Shown here one piece after another: positions 9,695 to 18,722 of a stretch of 64,000 nucleotides of DNA; the stretch's first letter is position 1; the number at the start of each line of letters is the position of its first letter. The position numbers were made by a program, and so were the translations under genes. The notes beneath the pieces are model-generated. The model had not been told where the DNA came from. It saw only the letters and a list, made by a program, of their open reading frames with translations, and made no database searches. The DNA comes from Candidatus Giovannonibacteria bacterium (lineage in GTDB: Bacteria > Patescibacteriota > Minisyncoccia > UBA11713 > 2-01-FULL-45-33): contig CP066687.1 in the NCBI GenBank assembly GCA_016432405.1, positions 219,040 through 283,039 of the forward strand, given 5' to 3'.

Positions 9695-10330
9695 GTGATA
9701 GCAAATTTCCGTTTTGCGTTGGACAAACCAACGCTCATTTTGGGCGCGGGCATAGCAAGCAGCGGGAAAAGCACGGTTTTCAGGCCGATTGCGGCCGCGT
9801 TGTTTGATTCGGTGTATGTAGAAAAGGACCTGATTAACGATGCTTTTTTATGGATGCCCAAAAGCGGGGAAAGGCGGGACATGTCCCGTTATCTGGTTTC
9901 CGAGCGCATTTCAAATCAGAGTCCCATTTACAGGGATCACATATGGCTGCAAAGCTACCACTGCATGCTGATGTTGGCGCGGCAGGCGCTGGAGTTGGGG
10001 AAGCACCCGATCTTGGAAGGAAATTACGTTAAGGAAATTCGGTGGGGATATATTGAAAAGGTTTTGTTGCCCCAGCTCGCCGGTATCAACTATAAGCTTA
10101 AAATTCTTCTTGCGCATGCTCCGGCTGATTTGATTCGCGAAAGGATAATAAAACGCGACGAAGGCCGCGACAAAAAAGTAATAAGTTCCGACGAAGAATG
10201 GCAGCGCTTGCTTGCCGAACAGCCGCCCATCCCGCCAGAGATTGAGAAGTACCCGCATATGAAAATTGACACCTCCGAAGCGTTGTCTCTCCAAGCGCTT
10301 TTTGAGATCATGAGGTTTTTGGCTGATTAG
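9695..10330 (+). CDS. P-loop NTPase / predicted kinase (AAA_33 / zeta-toxin-like fold)
   Basis: Walker A GAGIASSGKST near the N-terminus. GTG start with GGAGGTG 5 nt upstream. 211 aa. Confidence 0.5.
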   Translation: MIANFRFALDKPTLILGAGIASSGKSTVFRPIAAALFDSVYVEKDLINDAFLWMPKSGERRDMSRYLVSERISNQSPIYRDHIWLQSYHCMLMLARQALELGKHPILEGNYVKEIRWGYIEKVLLPQLAGINYKLKILLAHAPADLIRERIIKRDEGRDKKVISSDEEWQRLLAEQPPIPPEIEKYPHMKIDTSEALSLQALFEIMRFLAD

Positions 10331-10394
10331 TTTTTGAGAGCCTCGGCTCGCCGCGTTACTGGCGGGCCTTTTATTTTGTTATTATTTTAGACAT

Positions 10395-10940
10395 ATGGCG
10401 CATGTCGGCAACAAAGCTGTTTTTTTTGACAGGGATGGCGTGATTCTCAAAGCGGTAGTAGATGCCGGCGTGCCGCGGCCGCCGTACAGCGTTGCTGAAT
10501 ATAAAGAGAAAAGCGGAATTATGCCTGGGGCAAAAGAAGCGGTTGAAGCGGTGCGCAGAAACGGCTTTCTTGCTATTTTGGCAACGAACCAGCCGGATAT
10601 TCGGTATGGGAGGATCACAAAGGAAGACTGGCAGTGGATACAGAACCAGATTGTGGATATTCCGTTTGACGATATTTTTATATGCTTTCACGGACGAGAT
10701 GACGGGTGCGAGTGCAAAAAACCGAAGCCGGGAATGCTGATTGCGGCCGCAAAAAAATGGGGGATTGATTTAAAAAAAACTTTTATGGTCGGGGATTCTG
10801 AAAGCGACGTGAAAGCCGGCCAAGCCGCAGGATGCAAAATAATTTTAATAGACCATGAACAAAATAAAAATTTGGAGCCCGATTTCAGGGTGACAAATTT
10901 ATCGGAAGTGGTAAAATTGATAAATGAAAATATTTATTGA
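10395..10940 (+). CDS. gmhB: D-glycero-D-manno-heptose-1,7-bisphosphate phosphatase (HAD superfamily)
   Basis: FFDRDGVI is the HAD motif I. CFHGRDDGCECKKPKPGM is the GmhB zinc-loop CxCxKP motif. MVGDSESD is motif III. Confidence 0.8.
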   Translation: MAHVGNKAVFFDRDGVILKAVVDAGVPRPPYSVAEYKEKSGIMPGAKEAVEAVRRNGFLAILATNQPDIRYGRITKEDWQWIQNQIVDIPFDDIFICFHGRDDGCECKKPKPGMLIAAAKKWGIDLKKTFMVGDSESDVKAGQAAGCKIILIDHEQNKNLEPDFRVTNLSEVVKLINENIY

Positions 10941-11658
10941 TAGCGCGAATTTAAACGATATTGAGGAGGCCTTAAAACGCGGATTCGCGGAGGGGATTAC
11001 GACAAATCCGTCTCTTCTGGCAAAAGAGCCGAAATCCTCTTTTGAGGCGCACATCGGAAAAATTGTGGAGCTGATTAAAAAACATCAGCCGGGTATTCAT
11101 TTGAGCGTGGAAGTTTTTTCGCGCGACCAAAAAATTATTTTGGAGCAGGCACAGAAATTTATGAAGCAGTTTGCTTATCCGCAAATGAGCATTAAGGTGC
11201 AAGTTGGGTGGGATGAACTTGAAACCATTAAAAAATTGAGCGCGGCTGGCATTTCGGTAAACTGCACTGCCTGTATGAATGTGACGCAAGCCGTGATGGC
11301 CGCGCGTGCTGGCGCAAAATACGTCAGTTTGTTTTGGGGCAGAATCCGCGACGGCGGGACAGATGCGGCAATGTCTAAAGAGCGAGATGAAGCCGTAAAT
11401 AAAAGAGCTTTAGACAGCGACGATTTCAATCCTTTTAAGGTTGTTCAGGCGACGCGGCAGATTTTTGACCAGGACAAAATTCCATCAGAAATTATCGCGG
11501 GCAGCATGCGCAGTGCCGTTGACGTCAGAAACGCGCGTTTAGCCGGCGCTCATATTGTGACCGTGCCCCCCAAATTTTTTCCAGATATGATTTCCCACTT
11601 CAAAACCGACCAAGTCGTCAACCAATTTTTGACTGATTTTGAAAAATGGATGAGCTAA
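10924..11658 (+). CDS. tal: Transaldolase / fructose-6-phosphate aldolase family (short type)
   Basis: FIDSANLNDIE...GITTNPSL signature; 244 aa; the product sedoheptulose-7-phosphate is the GmhA substrate. Confidence 0.7.
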   Translation: MKIFIDSANLNDIEEALKRGFAEGITTNPSLLAKEPKSSFEAHIGKIVELIKKHQPGIHLSVEVFSRDQKIILEQAQKFMKQFAYPQMSIKVQVGWDELETIKKLSAAGISVNCTACMNVTQAVMAARAGAKYVSLFWGRIRDGGTDAAMSKERDEAVNKRALDSDDFNPFKVVQATRQIFDQDKIPSEIIAGSMRSAVDVRNARLAGAHIVTVPPKFFPDMISHFKTDQVVNQFLTDFEKWMS

Positions 11659-12521
11659 AAAAAACTATAAAAAATTTAATAATCTCAATGCGGCCAAGGC
11701 AGTGGATAAAAAACCTCTTTCTTTTTGCCGCCATAATTTTCGTAAAGCAGTTTTCGGATATTGAGAAGCTGGCGGCTGTTTTTGAGGCCTTTATCATTTT
11801 CTGCTTCGCCTCAAGCGCGATTTATCTGCTAAATGACGCAGTGGACGCGCCGTATGACCGCAGACACCCGCAAAAACGCCTAAGGCCGATCGCCGCTGGA
11901 GAGCTCCCAGTATTCGGAGCTGTTTTCGCAGCCGCGGTTTTCGGAGCGCTCTCCGTTTTTTGGAGTTTTTACATAAATAATTTTTTCGCGCTTGCCGTTA
12001 TCGGATTTTTGGCGCTTAATGTTTTATATTCGTTTTATCTCAAGCGTTTCGTGATAATTGACGTGATAACAATCGCTTTGGGTTTTGTCATCCGCGTCAT
12101 CGCCGGCGCAGTCGCCATAGACGTCCGGTTTTCGGAATGGCTGATTCTTTCAACTTTTTTCCTGACGCTTTTTTTGGCTATTTCCAAGAGGAAAAACGAG
12201 CTTATGCATGCAGAGGAAACCGAAGCGCGCGAGGGGCTTGGCAGATATTCTCTCGCTCTCTTGGACCAGATGAATGCGATTGTTTTGCCTTCCACCATTA
12301 TCACCTACGCTTTTTATACGTTCAGCTCCGAGCACAGCAAGCTTCTCATGATTACAATACCCATCGTGCTTTACGGGCTTTTTCGGTATTTATTTTTGAT
12401 AAACATAAAAACGCGGAGCGACGATGGTCCCACGGACGATTTGCTTTTAGACAAACATTTGCTCGCCACTGTTTTTATCTGGCTCGCGGTTTCCGTAGCA
12501 ATGATTCTTTATGCCGGATAG
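11646..12521 (+). CDS. UbiA-family prenyltransferase, polyprenyl-phosphate phosphoribosyltransferase (DPPR synthase, Rv3806c)-like
   Basis: LLNDAVDAPYDRRHPQKRLRPIAAGEL carries the NDxxDxxxD motif; about 8 TM helices; 291 aa. Confidence 0.6.
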   Translation: MDELKKTIKNLIISMRPRQWIKNLFLFAAIIFVKQFSDIEKLAAVFEAFIIFCFASSAIYLLNDAVDAPYDRRHPQKRLRPIAAGELPVFGAVFAAAVFGALSVFWSFYINNFFALAVIGFLALNVLYSFYLKRFVIIDVITIALGFVIRVIAGAVAIDVRFSEWLILSTFFLTLFLAISKRKNELMHAEETEAREGLGRYSLALLDQMNAIVLPSTIITYAFYTFSSEHSKLLMITIPIVLYGLFRYLFLINIKTRSDDGPTDDLLLDKHLLATVFIWLAVSVAMILYAG

Positions 12522-12540
12522 ATTTTTTGAGGAGCTGGAT

Positions 12541-12918
12541 ATGCCGCGGCAGGGGGCTGTGATTTTTTTGGACATTGACGGCACTTTGCGGCCGGACGGA
12601 GATCAAGGAATGAGTCAGGAGGTTTTAAATAAGCTGGCGGAGCTTAAGGCCAAAAACGAAGTTCATTTAATCAGCAATAAAGGCAACGGCGCAAAAAAGC
12701 CGAGCCGAGAAGCGGCAGAGGGCGTTGATATGGCCGGGAAAAAAGTTGTGGTGATAGGCGATAAATTTTTGACGGACGGGCTGTTCGCGAAAAATATCGG
12801 AGCCGAATTCGTTAAAGTCAGAAGAAAAATTTCAGGCCGGGAGAATTTTTTTGTTAAAGTCGCGTATTTTATTGACGATTTTATTTCTGCTATATTATGG
12901 AAACAAAAAAATATTTAA
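12541..12918 (+). CDS. HAD superfamily phosphatase (small, IIIA-like)
   Basis: [11 protein letters not shown] is the HAD motif I; GDKFLTDG is motif III. GAGGAG lies 7 nt upstream of the ATG at 12541. Confidence 0.55.
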   Translation: MPRQGAVIFLDIDGTLRPDGDQGMSQEVLNKLAELKAKNEVHLISNKGNGAKKPSREAAEGVDMAGKKVVVIGDKFLTDGLFAKNIGAEFVKVRRKISGRENFFVKVAYFIDDFISAILWKQKNI

Positions 12919-13940
12919 TAACAGGCGGCGCCGGGTTTTTGGGAATTAACCTCGCGCGTTTTCTGCTCAAAAAAGGGCAGAAAGTAAGAATTCTGGATTT
13001 GGCCCAGTTTGATTACCCGGAGAGAAACAAGGTTGAGGCGCTGCTCGGGGACACAAGAGATAAATCAGGCGTTGATAAAGCGATGGACAGAATTGACATT
13101 GTTGTCCATGCGGCGGCCGCGTTGCCGCTTTATTCGCAAAAAGACATATACTCCACGGAAGTGGACGGAACAAAAAACGTTTTAGAAAGCGCCGGGCGGC
13201 GCAACGTTGACAGATTTATACATATTTCCAGCACGGCGGTTTACGGCATTCCCGACCACCACCCGATTTACGAAAATGATAAGCTTCAGGGAGTTGGGCC
13301 TTACGGCGAGGCGAAAATTCTGGCGGAGAAATTTTGCGAGGAAGCAAGAAAAAATGGAATGTGCGTTACAATTCTCCGGCCGAAATCTTTTGTGGGACCC
13401 GAGCGGTTGGGGGTTTTCGCGCTTTTTTACGATTGGGCGGGCACCGGGCACAATTTCCCCATGATCGGCAACGGAAAAAACAGCTACCAGCTTTTAGACG
13501 TTGAAGATTTATGCGAGGCGATTTTTCTTTCGGCTACCTTGCCGAAAGAAAAGGCCAACGACACTTTCAATGTCGGCGCAAAGGATTTTGCGACGATGCG
13601 CCGGGACTGGCAGGCGGTTTTGGACCGCGCGGGATTCGGCAAAAAAATTATCGGTTTGCCCGCTGCCCCCATGATTTTTGTTTTGAGATTCTTGGAGATT
13701 TTGCGCCTTTCACCTCTTTACAAATGGGTTTATGAAACCGCAGGCAAGGACTCTTTTGTGTCAGTGGAAAAAGCTGAACGGATTTTGGGATTCCGTCCAA
13801 AATATTCCAACAAAGAAGCGCTCGTCCGCAACTATGAATGGTATTTGGCTAATCTGGATAAATTTAAAAACCAGACCGGGGTATCCCACCGCGTCCCGTG
13901 GAAACAGGGGATTTTAAAAATCGCTAAGCTTTTTTTTTGA
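12897..13940 (+). CDS. NAD-dependent epimerase/dehydratase (extended SDR)
   Basis: ITGGAGFLG glycine-rich motif; YGEAK is the catalytic YxxxK; 347 aa. Confidence 0.7.
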   Translation: METKKYLITGGAGFLGINLARFLLKKGQKVRILDLAQFDYPERNKVEALLGDTRDKSGVDKAMDRIDIVVHAAAALPLYSQKDIYSTEVDGTKNVLESAGRRNVDRFIHISSTAVYGIPDHHPIYENDKLQGVGPYGEAKILAEKFCEEARKNGMCVTILRPKSFVGPERLGVFALFYDWAGTGHNFPMIGNGKNSYQLLDVEDLCEAIFLSATLPKEKANDTFNVGAKDFATMRRDWQAVLDRAGFGKKIIGLPAAPMIFVLRFLEILRLSPLYKWVYETAGKDSFVSVEKAERILGFRPKYSNKEALVRNYEWYLANLDKFKNQTGVSHRVPWKQGILKIAKLFF

Positions 13941-13943
13941 GTT

Positions 13944-14537
13944 ATGCGGTTTGACCTTTTGCGGGCCGCAATTGTGGGGGAAGCCATCGCGCTTTTGACT
14001 TTGCCGACGTTAAAAAATATAAATTTTTTTGAGCCGACATTTGTCGCCGTCTGGCTGGTCTTCGTGCCCGCGGCGGCGCTCGCCGGTTTTTATTTGATTT
14101 ATTTGACGTCGGCGAGGCGGCCCGTCTTGCTGGAGTTGGGAAAATACGGCCTCGTCGGATGCTTCAATTTTTTTCTGGACGCGGGCATTTTCAACTTTTT
14201 TATTTTAATTACTGGCATTGCCAGGGGTTGGCCGGTGGACGTTTTTATAATAATTGCTTTTGCGATAACGATAACGCAAAGTTTTTTGTGGAATAAATTC
14301 TGGATTTTTAAGGCGAACGATTTGGCCAATGCGCGCGCGCAGTACGCAAAATTTTTCAGCATGACTGTTGTCACTTCCCTTTTAGGGCTTTTGTTTATGC
14401 ATCTTATGATAAATACCATCGGTGCTCCCTCCGGTTTTGATTTGAAAGTTTGGGCGAATCTCGCGCTTTTAGTTTTGATACCGACGTCTGCCCTGGGCAA
14501 TTTCCTTGGCTATAAGTTTTTTGTTTTTAAAAAATGA
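13944..14537 (+). CDS. GtrA-family protein (lipid-linked sugar translocase / flippase family)
   Basis: LGKYGLVGCFNFFLDAGIFNFF...SFLWNKFWIFK is the GtrA signature; 4-5 TM helices. Confidence 0.65.
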   Translation: MRFDLLRAAIVGEAIALLTLPTLKNINFFEPTFVAVWLVFVPAAALAGFYLIYLTSARRPVLLELGKYGLVGCFNFFLDAGIFNFFILITGIARGWPVDVFIIIAFAITITQSFLWNKFWIFKANDLANARAQYAKFFSMTVVTSLLGLLFMHLMINTIGAPSGFDLKVWANLALLVLIPTSALGNFLGYKFFVFKK

Positions 14538-15202
14538 CTCACGCCGAATATTGCAGCAAGTTTATTCCCGCCGGCGGCAGGGTCTTGGATGTGGGCTCCG
14601 GCAGGGGCGATTTTCTGCGCGAGATGGCCGGCTTGGGATTTGACGCGTGCGGAGTTGAGCCGAACACCGAGCGGATTTTTTCCGCAATAGGCGGACCAGC
14701 CTTTGGCCGGGAAAAGGTTGTGAAGGTAAGCGCCGAAAACTTGCCGTTCCCCGATAATCATTTTGATTTTGTAAATTGCGCCGAGGTCAGCGAGCACGTT
14801 GACGATCCTTCTAAGATGCTCCAAGAAATTTTTCGGGTTCTAAAGCCCGGAGGGAAATGCTACACAAGTTTTCACAATCGCTTGGGGGTTTACGACTATC
14901 ATTATCGGCTTTATTTTATAAACTGGATGCCGAGGGTTTGGACAGAGCCGATTTTAAAATTTTTAGGAAAACAAAAAGAGGACGGCCCGGCCGGACGCCA
15001 GAAACTGACCACGATGCATTATTATACTTACGGACAAGTTTTGAAAATGCTTCACAATGCCAGTTTTTCCGCAGAAGACATCCGAAAAGAGAAAATTAGA
15101 CAATTCTTCGGCATCACGCGCTTGCCGTTTTTTATTTTATATTTCACATTGCTTCGTCCGTTATATTTCAACACCTTCCATTTTTTGCTTGCCAAACCTT
15201 AA
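14534..15202 (+). CDS. Class I SAM-dependent methyltransferase
   Basis: VLDVGSGRGDF is motif I; LKPGGKCY is the post-II motif. Confidence 0.7.
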   Translation: MTHAEYCSKFIPAGGRVLDVGSGRGDFLREMAGLGFDACGVEPNTERIFSAIGGPAFGREKVVKVSAENLPFPDNHFDFVNCAEVSEHVDDPSKMLQEIFRVLKPGGKCYTSFHNRLGVYDYHYRLYFINWMPRVWTEPILKFLGKQKEDGPAGRQKLTTMHYYTYGQVLKMLHNASFSAEDIRKEKIRQFFGITRLPFFILYFTLLRPLYFNTFHFLLAKP

Positions 15203-15227
15203 TCCGACCTGATAAGTTATAAGAGAT

Positions 15228-16985
15228 ATGAGATTTCTTGTAACCGGAGGGTGCGGATTTATGGGGTCAAATTTTATCCATTATGTTTTGGATAATTTCC
15301 CCGAGAGCGCTGTCATAAATCTTGACCTCTTGACGTACGCCGGAAACGAGGAAAATCTTCGCGGCGTCCCGCCATCCAGATACCGGTTTGTGAAAGGTGA
15401 CATTTGCGACACGGAGCTCGTAAAAAAGCTGATGCGGGAATCCGACTTCGTCGTAAACTTCGCCGCCGAGAGTCATGTGGACAGGTCAATCCATTCCGAC
15501 GCCGACGATTTTGTCCATACCAATGTCGTAGGAGTCCACTCGCTTTTGAAAGCGTTGAGGGGCTCGCCTAACGTTAAAAAGATGGTTCATATCTCGACGG
15601 ACGAAGTCTGGGGCGATTTGCATTTTAAGTCGCAGGAGAAGTTTACCGAAGAGTCGCCGCTTAGGCCGAGTTCTCCGTACGCCGCTTCCAAGGCCGCCGG
15701 CGAAATGCTTGTGCGTGCTTATCATAAAACCTATGGCCTGCCGGTGGTCATTTCGCGTTCGGTCAACAATTTCGGGCCGAGGCAGCATCCGGAAAAAGTG
15801 ATTCCGTTTTTCGCCATGCTGGCAATGGACAACAAGCCCCTGCCGATTCACGGCAGCGGTTTAAATGTGCGGTCGTGGATTCACGTAGACGACCACACCC
15901 GCGCCGTCCTCGCTCTTTTGGAAAAAGCTCCCTCGGGGGAGATATACGGCGTTTCCGCAGATGAAGAGTGCTCAAACATGGATATTGCCGGAAAAATATT
16001 GAGAATTTTAAACAAGCGGGAAAACCTGGTTACTTTCGTTGAAGACCGTCCGGCAAATGACAGGAGGTATGCGGTTAATCCGTCAAAGCTGCTCGCTTTA
16101 GGATGGCGCCCCCAGCGTTCGCTGGACAGCCACATCCCGGTGACCATTGATTGGTATAAAGAAAATCAGACATGGCTTAGTAGTGTTGCCAGGAAGTATG
16201 AAAGCACGAGCGAAGAGATGCGGCGTTCGTCCGCAGATATCAGAAAAAGGGCGCTTGCTGGTTCGCCCGCCAGATCTCTTTCAATTTTTTTCCCGTGCCT
16301 TAACGAGAAAGGGACAATCGCCACAATGGTTTTGGAAGGCAGAAAAACCGCCGTGTCGCTCACGGACGATTTTGAAATTATTGTCGTAGACGATGGCTCC
16401 ACCGACGGCAGCCGCGAGCTTCTTTTGGAGCTTCAAAAGAGCGTTCCGGAATTAAAATTAGTTTTTCGCGAAAAGAGGGGTTACGGCGCGGCGCTTAGAA
16501 ATGGATTTAAGGCGGCAACAAAAGAGCTTGTTTTTTATACCGATGGCGACGGGCAATATGACGTGAGTGAATTACCGATGCTGTGGAATAAATTAACCAA
16601 CGAAGTAGATATTGTAAATGGCTACAAAATTAAACGAGCCGACCCGTTGTACCGCATTATCATTGGTTTTATTTATCAGCATGTTACAAGATGGGCGTTT
16701 TGGTTGCCAATTAGAGACCCTGATTGCGACTTCCGCTTAATTCGCAGAAAAGTGTTTGACACGGTTGAGCTTAAAAGCGATACCGGCACCATAACTATTG
16801 AGATTGTAAAAAGAATTCAGCAAGCCGGCTTCCGTTTTGTTGAAGTTGGAGTTTCGCATTACAACCGCACATATGGAAGTTCTCAATTTTTTAACTTCCG
16901 TAGGATCGTTGTCACATTATGGCGTTTGGCTTTTTTGTGGGTGGAGCTGATTATATTTTCGGGCAGACGAAAAAATCATGGATGA
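15228..16985 (+). CDS. rfbB: Bifunctional fusion: dTDP-glucose 4,6-dehydratase (RmlB-like) N-terminal domain plus a GT2 glycosyltransferase C-terminal domain
   Basis: N-terminus VTGGCGFMGSNFIHYVL...NLDLLTYAGNEENL with YAASKAAGE, typical of RmlB. C-terminus from about residue 345: VVDDGSTDGS...YTDGDGQYD, a GT2 DxD core. 585 aa. Confidence 0.65.
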   Translation: MRFLVTGGCGFMGSNFIHYVLDNFPESAVINLDLLTYAGNEENLRGVPPSRYRFVKGDICDTELVKKLMRESDFVVNFAAESHVDRSIHSDADDFVHTNVVGVHSLLKALRGSPNVKKMVHISTDEVWGDLHFKSQEKFTEESPLRPSSPYAASKAAGEMLVRAYHKTYGLPVVISRSVNNFGPRQHPEKVIPFFAMLAMDNKPLPIHGSGLNVRSWIHVDDHTRAVLALLEKAPSGEIYGVSADEECSNMDIAGKILRILNKRENLVTFVEDRPANDRRYAVNPSKLLALGWRPQRSLDSHIPVTIDWYKENQTWLSSVARKYESTSEEMRRSSADIRKRALAGSPARSLSIFFPCLNEKGTIATMVLEGRKTAVSLTDDFEIIVVDDGSTDGSRELLLELQKSVPELKLVFREKRGYGAALRNGFKAATKELVFYTDGDGQYDVSELPMLWNKLTNEVDIVNGYKIKRADPLYRIIIGFIYQHVTRWAFWLPIRDPDCDFRLIRRKVFDTVELKSDTGTITIEIVKRIQQAGFRFVEVGVSHYNRTYGSSQFFNFRRIVVTLWRLAFLWVELIIFSGRRKNHG

Positions 16986-17373
16986 AATCATATTAAAATC
17001 GGTTAAGGGGCCGGTTGGCGAGCTACACGCAGGCAAGATCTACGAGCAAATACCGTTTGCCATAAAAGAGTTTTACGTTATACAGAATGTCCCCAATCGG
17101 CAGATTGCGCGCGGGATGCACGCGCATAAAAAACGGGAGCAGGTAATTTTTTGCCTGCAGGGCTCATTCACGCTCCATATGGATGACGGAAACAAAAAAT
17201 GGAGCGTTGTAATGAATGACCCGGCGCGCGGCATGCGGCTTAAAAAAAGAGTGTGGCATTCAATGACGGATTTTTCCAAGGACTGCATTATGCTTGTCGT
17301 GGCAGACGATTTTGAAGACGCAAGCGATTACATCAGGGATTACGACGAGTTTTTGAAGTTTGTAAAAACATGA
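16978..17373 (+). CDS. fdtA: dTDP-4-dehydro-6-deoxyglucose 3,4-ketoisomerase (FdtA/QdtA, WxcM-like cupin)
   Basis: ARGMHAHKKREQVIFCLQGSFTLHMDDG matches the FdtA RGxHAHKxxxQ...GSF core; 131 aa. Confidence 0.65.
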   Translation: MDEIILKSVKGPVGELHAGKIYEQIPFAIKEFYVIQNVPNRQIARGMHAHKKREQVIFCLQGSFTLHMDDGNKKWSVVMNDPARGMRLKKRVWHSMTDFSKDCIMLVVADDFEDASDYIRDYDEFLKFVKT

Positions 17374-18206
17374 ATCAAGCCAGATGCACAATATGCGGCA
17401 ACGCTGCCAATAATCTGACTAAAGATGCCGAGCTTTTTATTTACGAGTGCTCTTTGTGTAGCCATGTGTTTGCTGTTATACCTGCGGACCAGCAAAAAAA
17501 ATATAATCATGATTATTTTACCAAAGAACACGAGAACTGGTTTAAAAATCCGAACACGAAACTTTTTCGCTTTATAGCCGGTCAAATCAATGCGCATTTT
17601 GGTCAGAAAAATATTGCGCTTTTGGATGTTGGCTGCGGCAACGGAGATTTTCTAAAATTTTTTTACCGGCACCGCGGCAATTCAACGTTATGCGGCATAG
17701 ACGTTGCTCGGCTTTTTGAAGACGCAAACATTTCTTTTTTACATGGCGATTTTAATACGATGGAGCTCAAGCAAAATTTTGACGTTGTTACCAGTCTGAT
17801 GGCTATTGAGCATATAGAGAATCCTGTTTTATTTACTAAAAAGATTTTCAGCGCTTTGGAGCGCGATGGCATGGCTGTTGTGGCGACTATCAACAGCAAC
17901 GGCCTAATTTATCGTTTAGCCGGCTTATTGAAGGCGCTGGGCATTCGAGGCCCGTACGAAAGGCTTTATGACCACGCGCATCTGCAGCATTATACAAACG
18001 CGTCTTTGAAAAAACTTTTGGAAAACTGCGGATTTGAAGTTCTTTTGCAAAGAAATCATAATTTCCCGCTAGCCGCCTTAGATGTGCCCAAAAGCAATGT
18101 AGTTTTAGAAACCGTTTATCGCGCCGGAGTAGCCGCTATTTTTACGCTTACCTCGGTTTTCGGCGGAGGCATGGACCAGACCATAATTTGTAGAAAGGCC
18201 CCATGA
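17370..18206 (+). CDS. SAM-dependent methyltransferase with an N-terminal Cys4 zinc ribbon
   Basis: CTICGN...CSLCSH zinc ribbon; LLDVGCGNGDF is motif I. Confidence 0.6.
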   Translation: MNQARCTICGNAANNLTKDAELFIYECSLCSHVFAVIPADQQKKYNHDYFTKEHENWFKNPNTKLFRFIAGQINAHFGQKNIALLDVGCGNGDFLKFFYRHRGNSTLCGIDVARLFEDANISFLHGDFNTMELKQNFDVVTSLMAIEHIENPVLFTKKIFSALERDGMAVVATINSNGLIYRLAGLLKALGIRGPYERLYDHAHLQHYTNASLKKLLENCGFEVLLQRNHNFPLAALDVPKSNVVLETVYRAGVAAIFTLTSVFGGGMDQTIICRKAP

Positions 18207-18721
18207 TTCAATTTTTTGACTTTCACAAAAATTATTACACGGGAATAAAAGGCGTATATTTTCGTAGAATTTTAAAAAAAATAATAAAAATAGGTGATTT
18301 GAGCAGTAAACGGGTGCTTGATTTCGGCTGCGGGAGGGGCGAACTAAAAAAACTTTTGCCGAGCGTTGTGGGCTACGACATTTTGCCTGATTTGAGCGAC
18401 GTAGCGGACTGGAGAAGCGTTAAATTTGACACGGTGGTGGCGAACGAAGTATTCTATCTTTTTTCCAAAAAAGAGCTTGAGATTTTTTTAGACGAACTTT
18501 ATAAATGCAATCCCAAAGCAGAATTGATTGTCGGTATCAGCAGGCAGAGTATTTTAAACAACATCGCCAAATATCTCGGCGACGTAAAAGACGCTTATGC
18601 TGGGACTAAGCTTTCGCCGAGCGAGGAATTGGCTGTCTTGAAAGACAGAATGAATGTGATTGACAAAAAAACTGTATGGTTTATGTGTAATATATACTTA
18701 CTTCGTTTTAAACATTTGTAG
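18203..18721 (+). CDS. Small class I SAM-dependent methyltransferase
   Basis: VLDFGCGRGEL is motif I; 172 aa. Confidence 0.55.
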   Translation: MIQFFDFHKNYYTGIKGVYFRRILKKIIKIGDLSSKRVLDFGCGRGELKKLLPSVVGYDILPDLSDVADWRSVKFDTVVANEVFYLFSKKELEIFLDELYKCNPKAELIVGISRQSILNNIAKYLGDVKDAYAGTKLSPSEELAVLKDRMNVIDKKTVWFMCNIYLLRFKHL

Positions 18722-18722
18722 C

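Noticed and set aside
10331-10394. Possible terminator hairpin between the P-loop kinase gene and gmhB
   Set aside because: Only a short GAGCC/GGCTC stem with a weak T-tract. It is not convincing as an intrinsic terminator, and the genes are probably co-transcribed.
12137-12562. 141-aa plus-strand ORF, plus several 60-160 aa minus-strand ORFs inside larger genes (for example 1878..2321, 14099..14500, 60753..61232)
   Set aside because: They are alternative-frame or antisense ORFs nested in genes with strong motif support. They are Arg/Ser/Cys-rich in a way typical of GC-rich off-frame translation.
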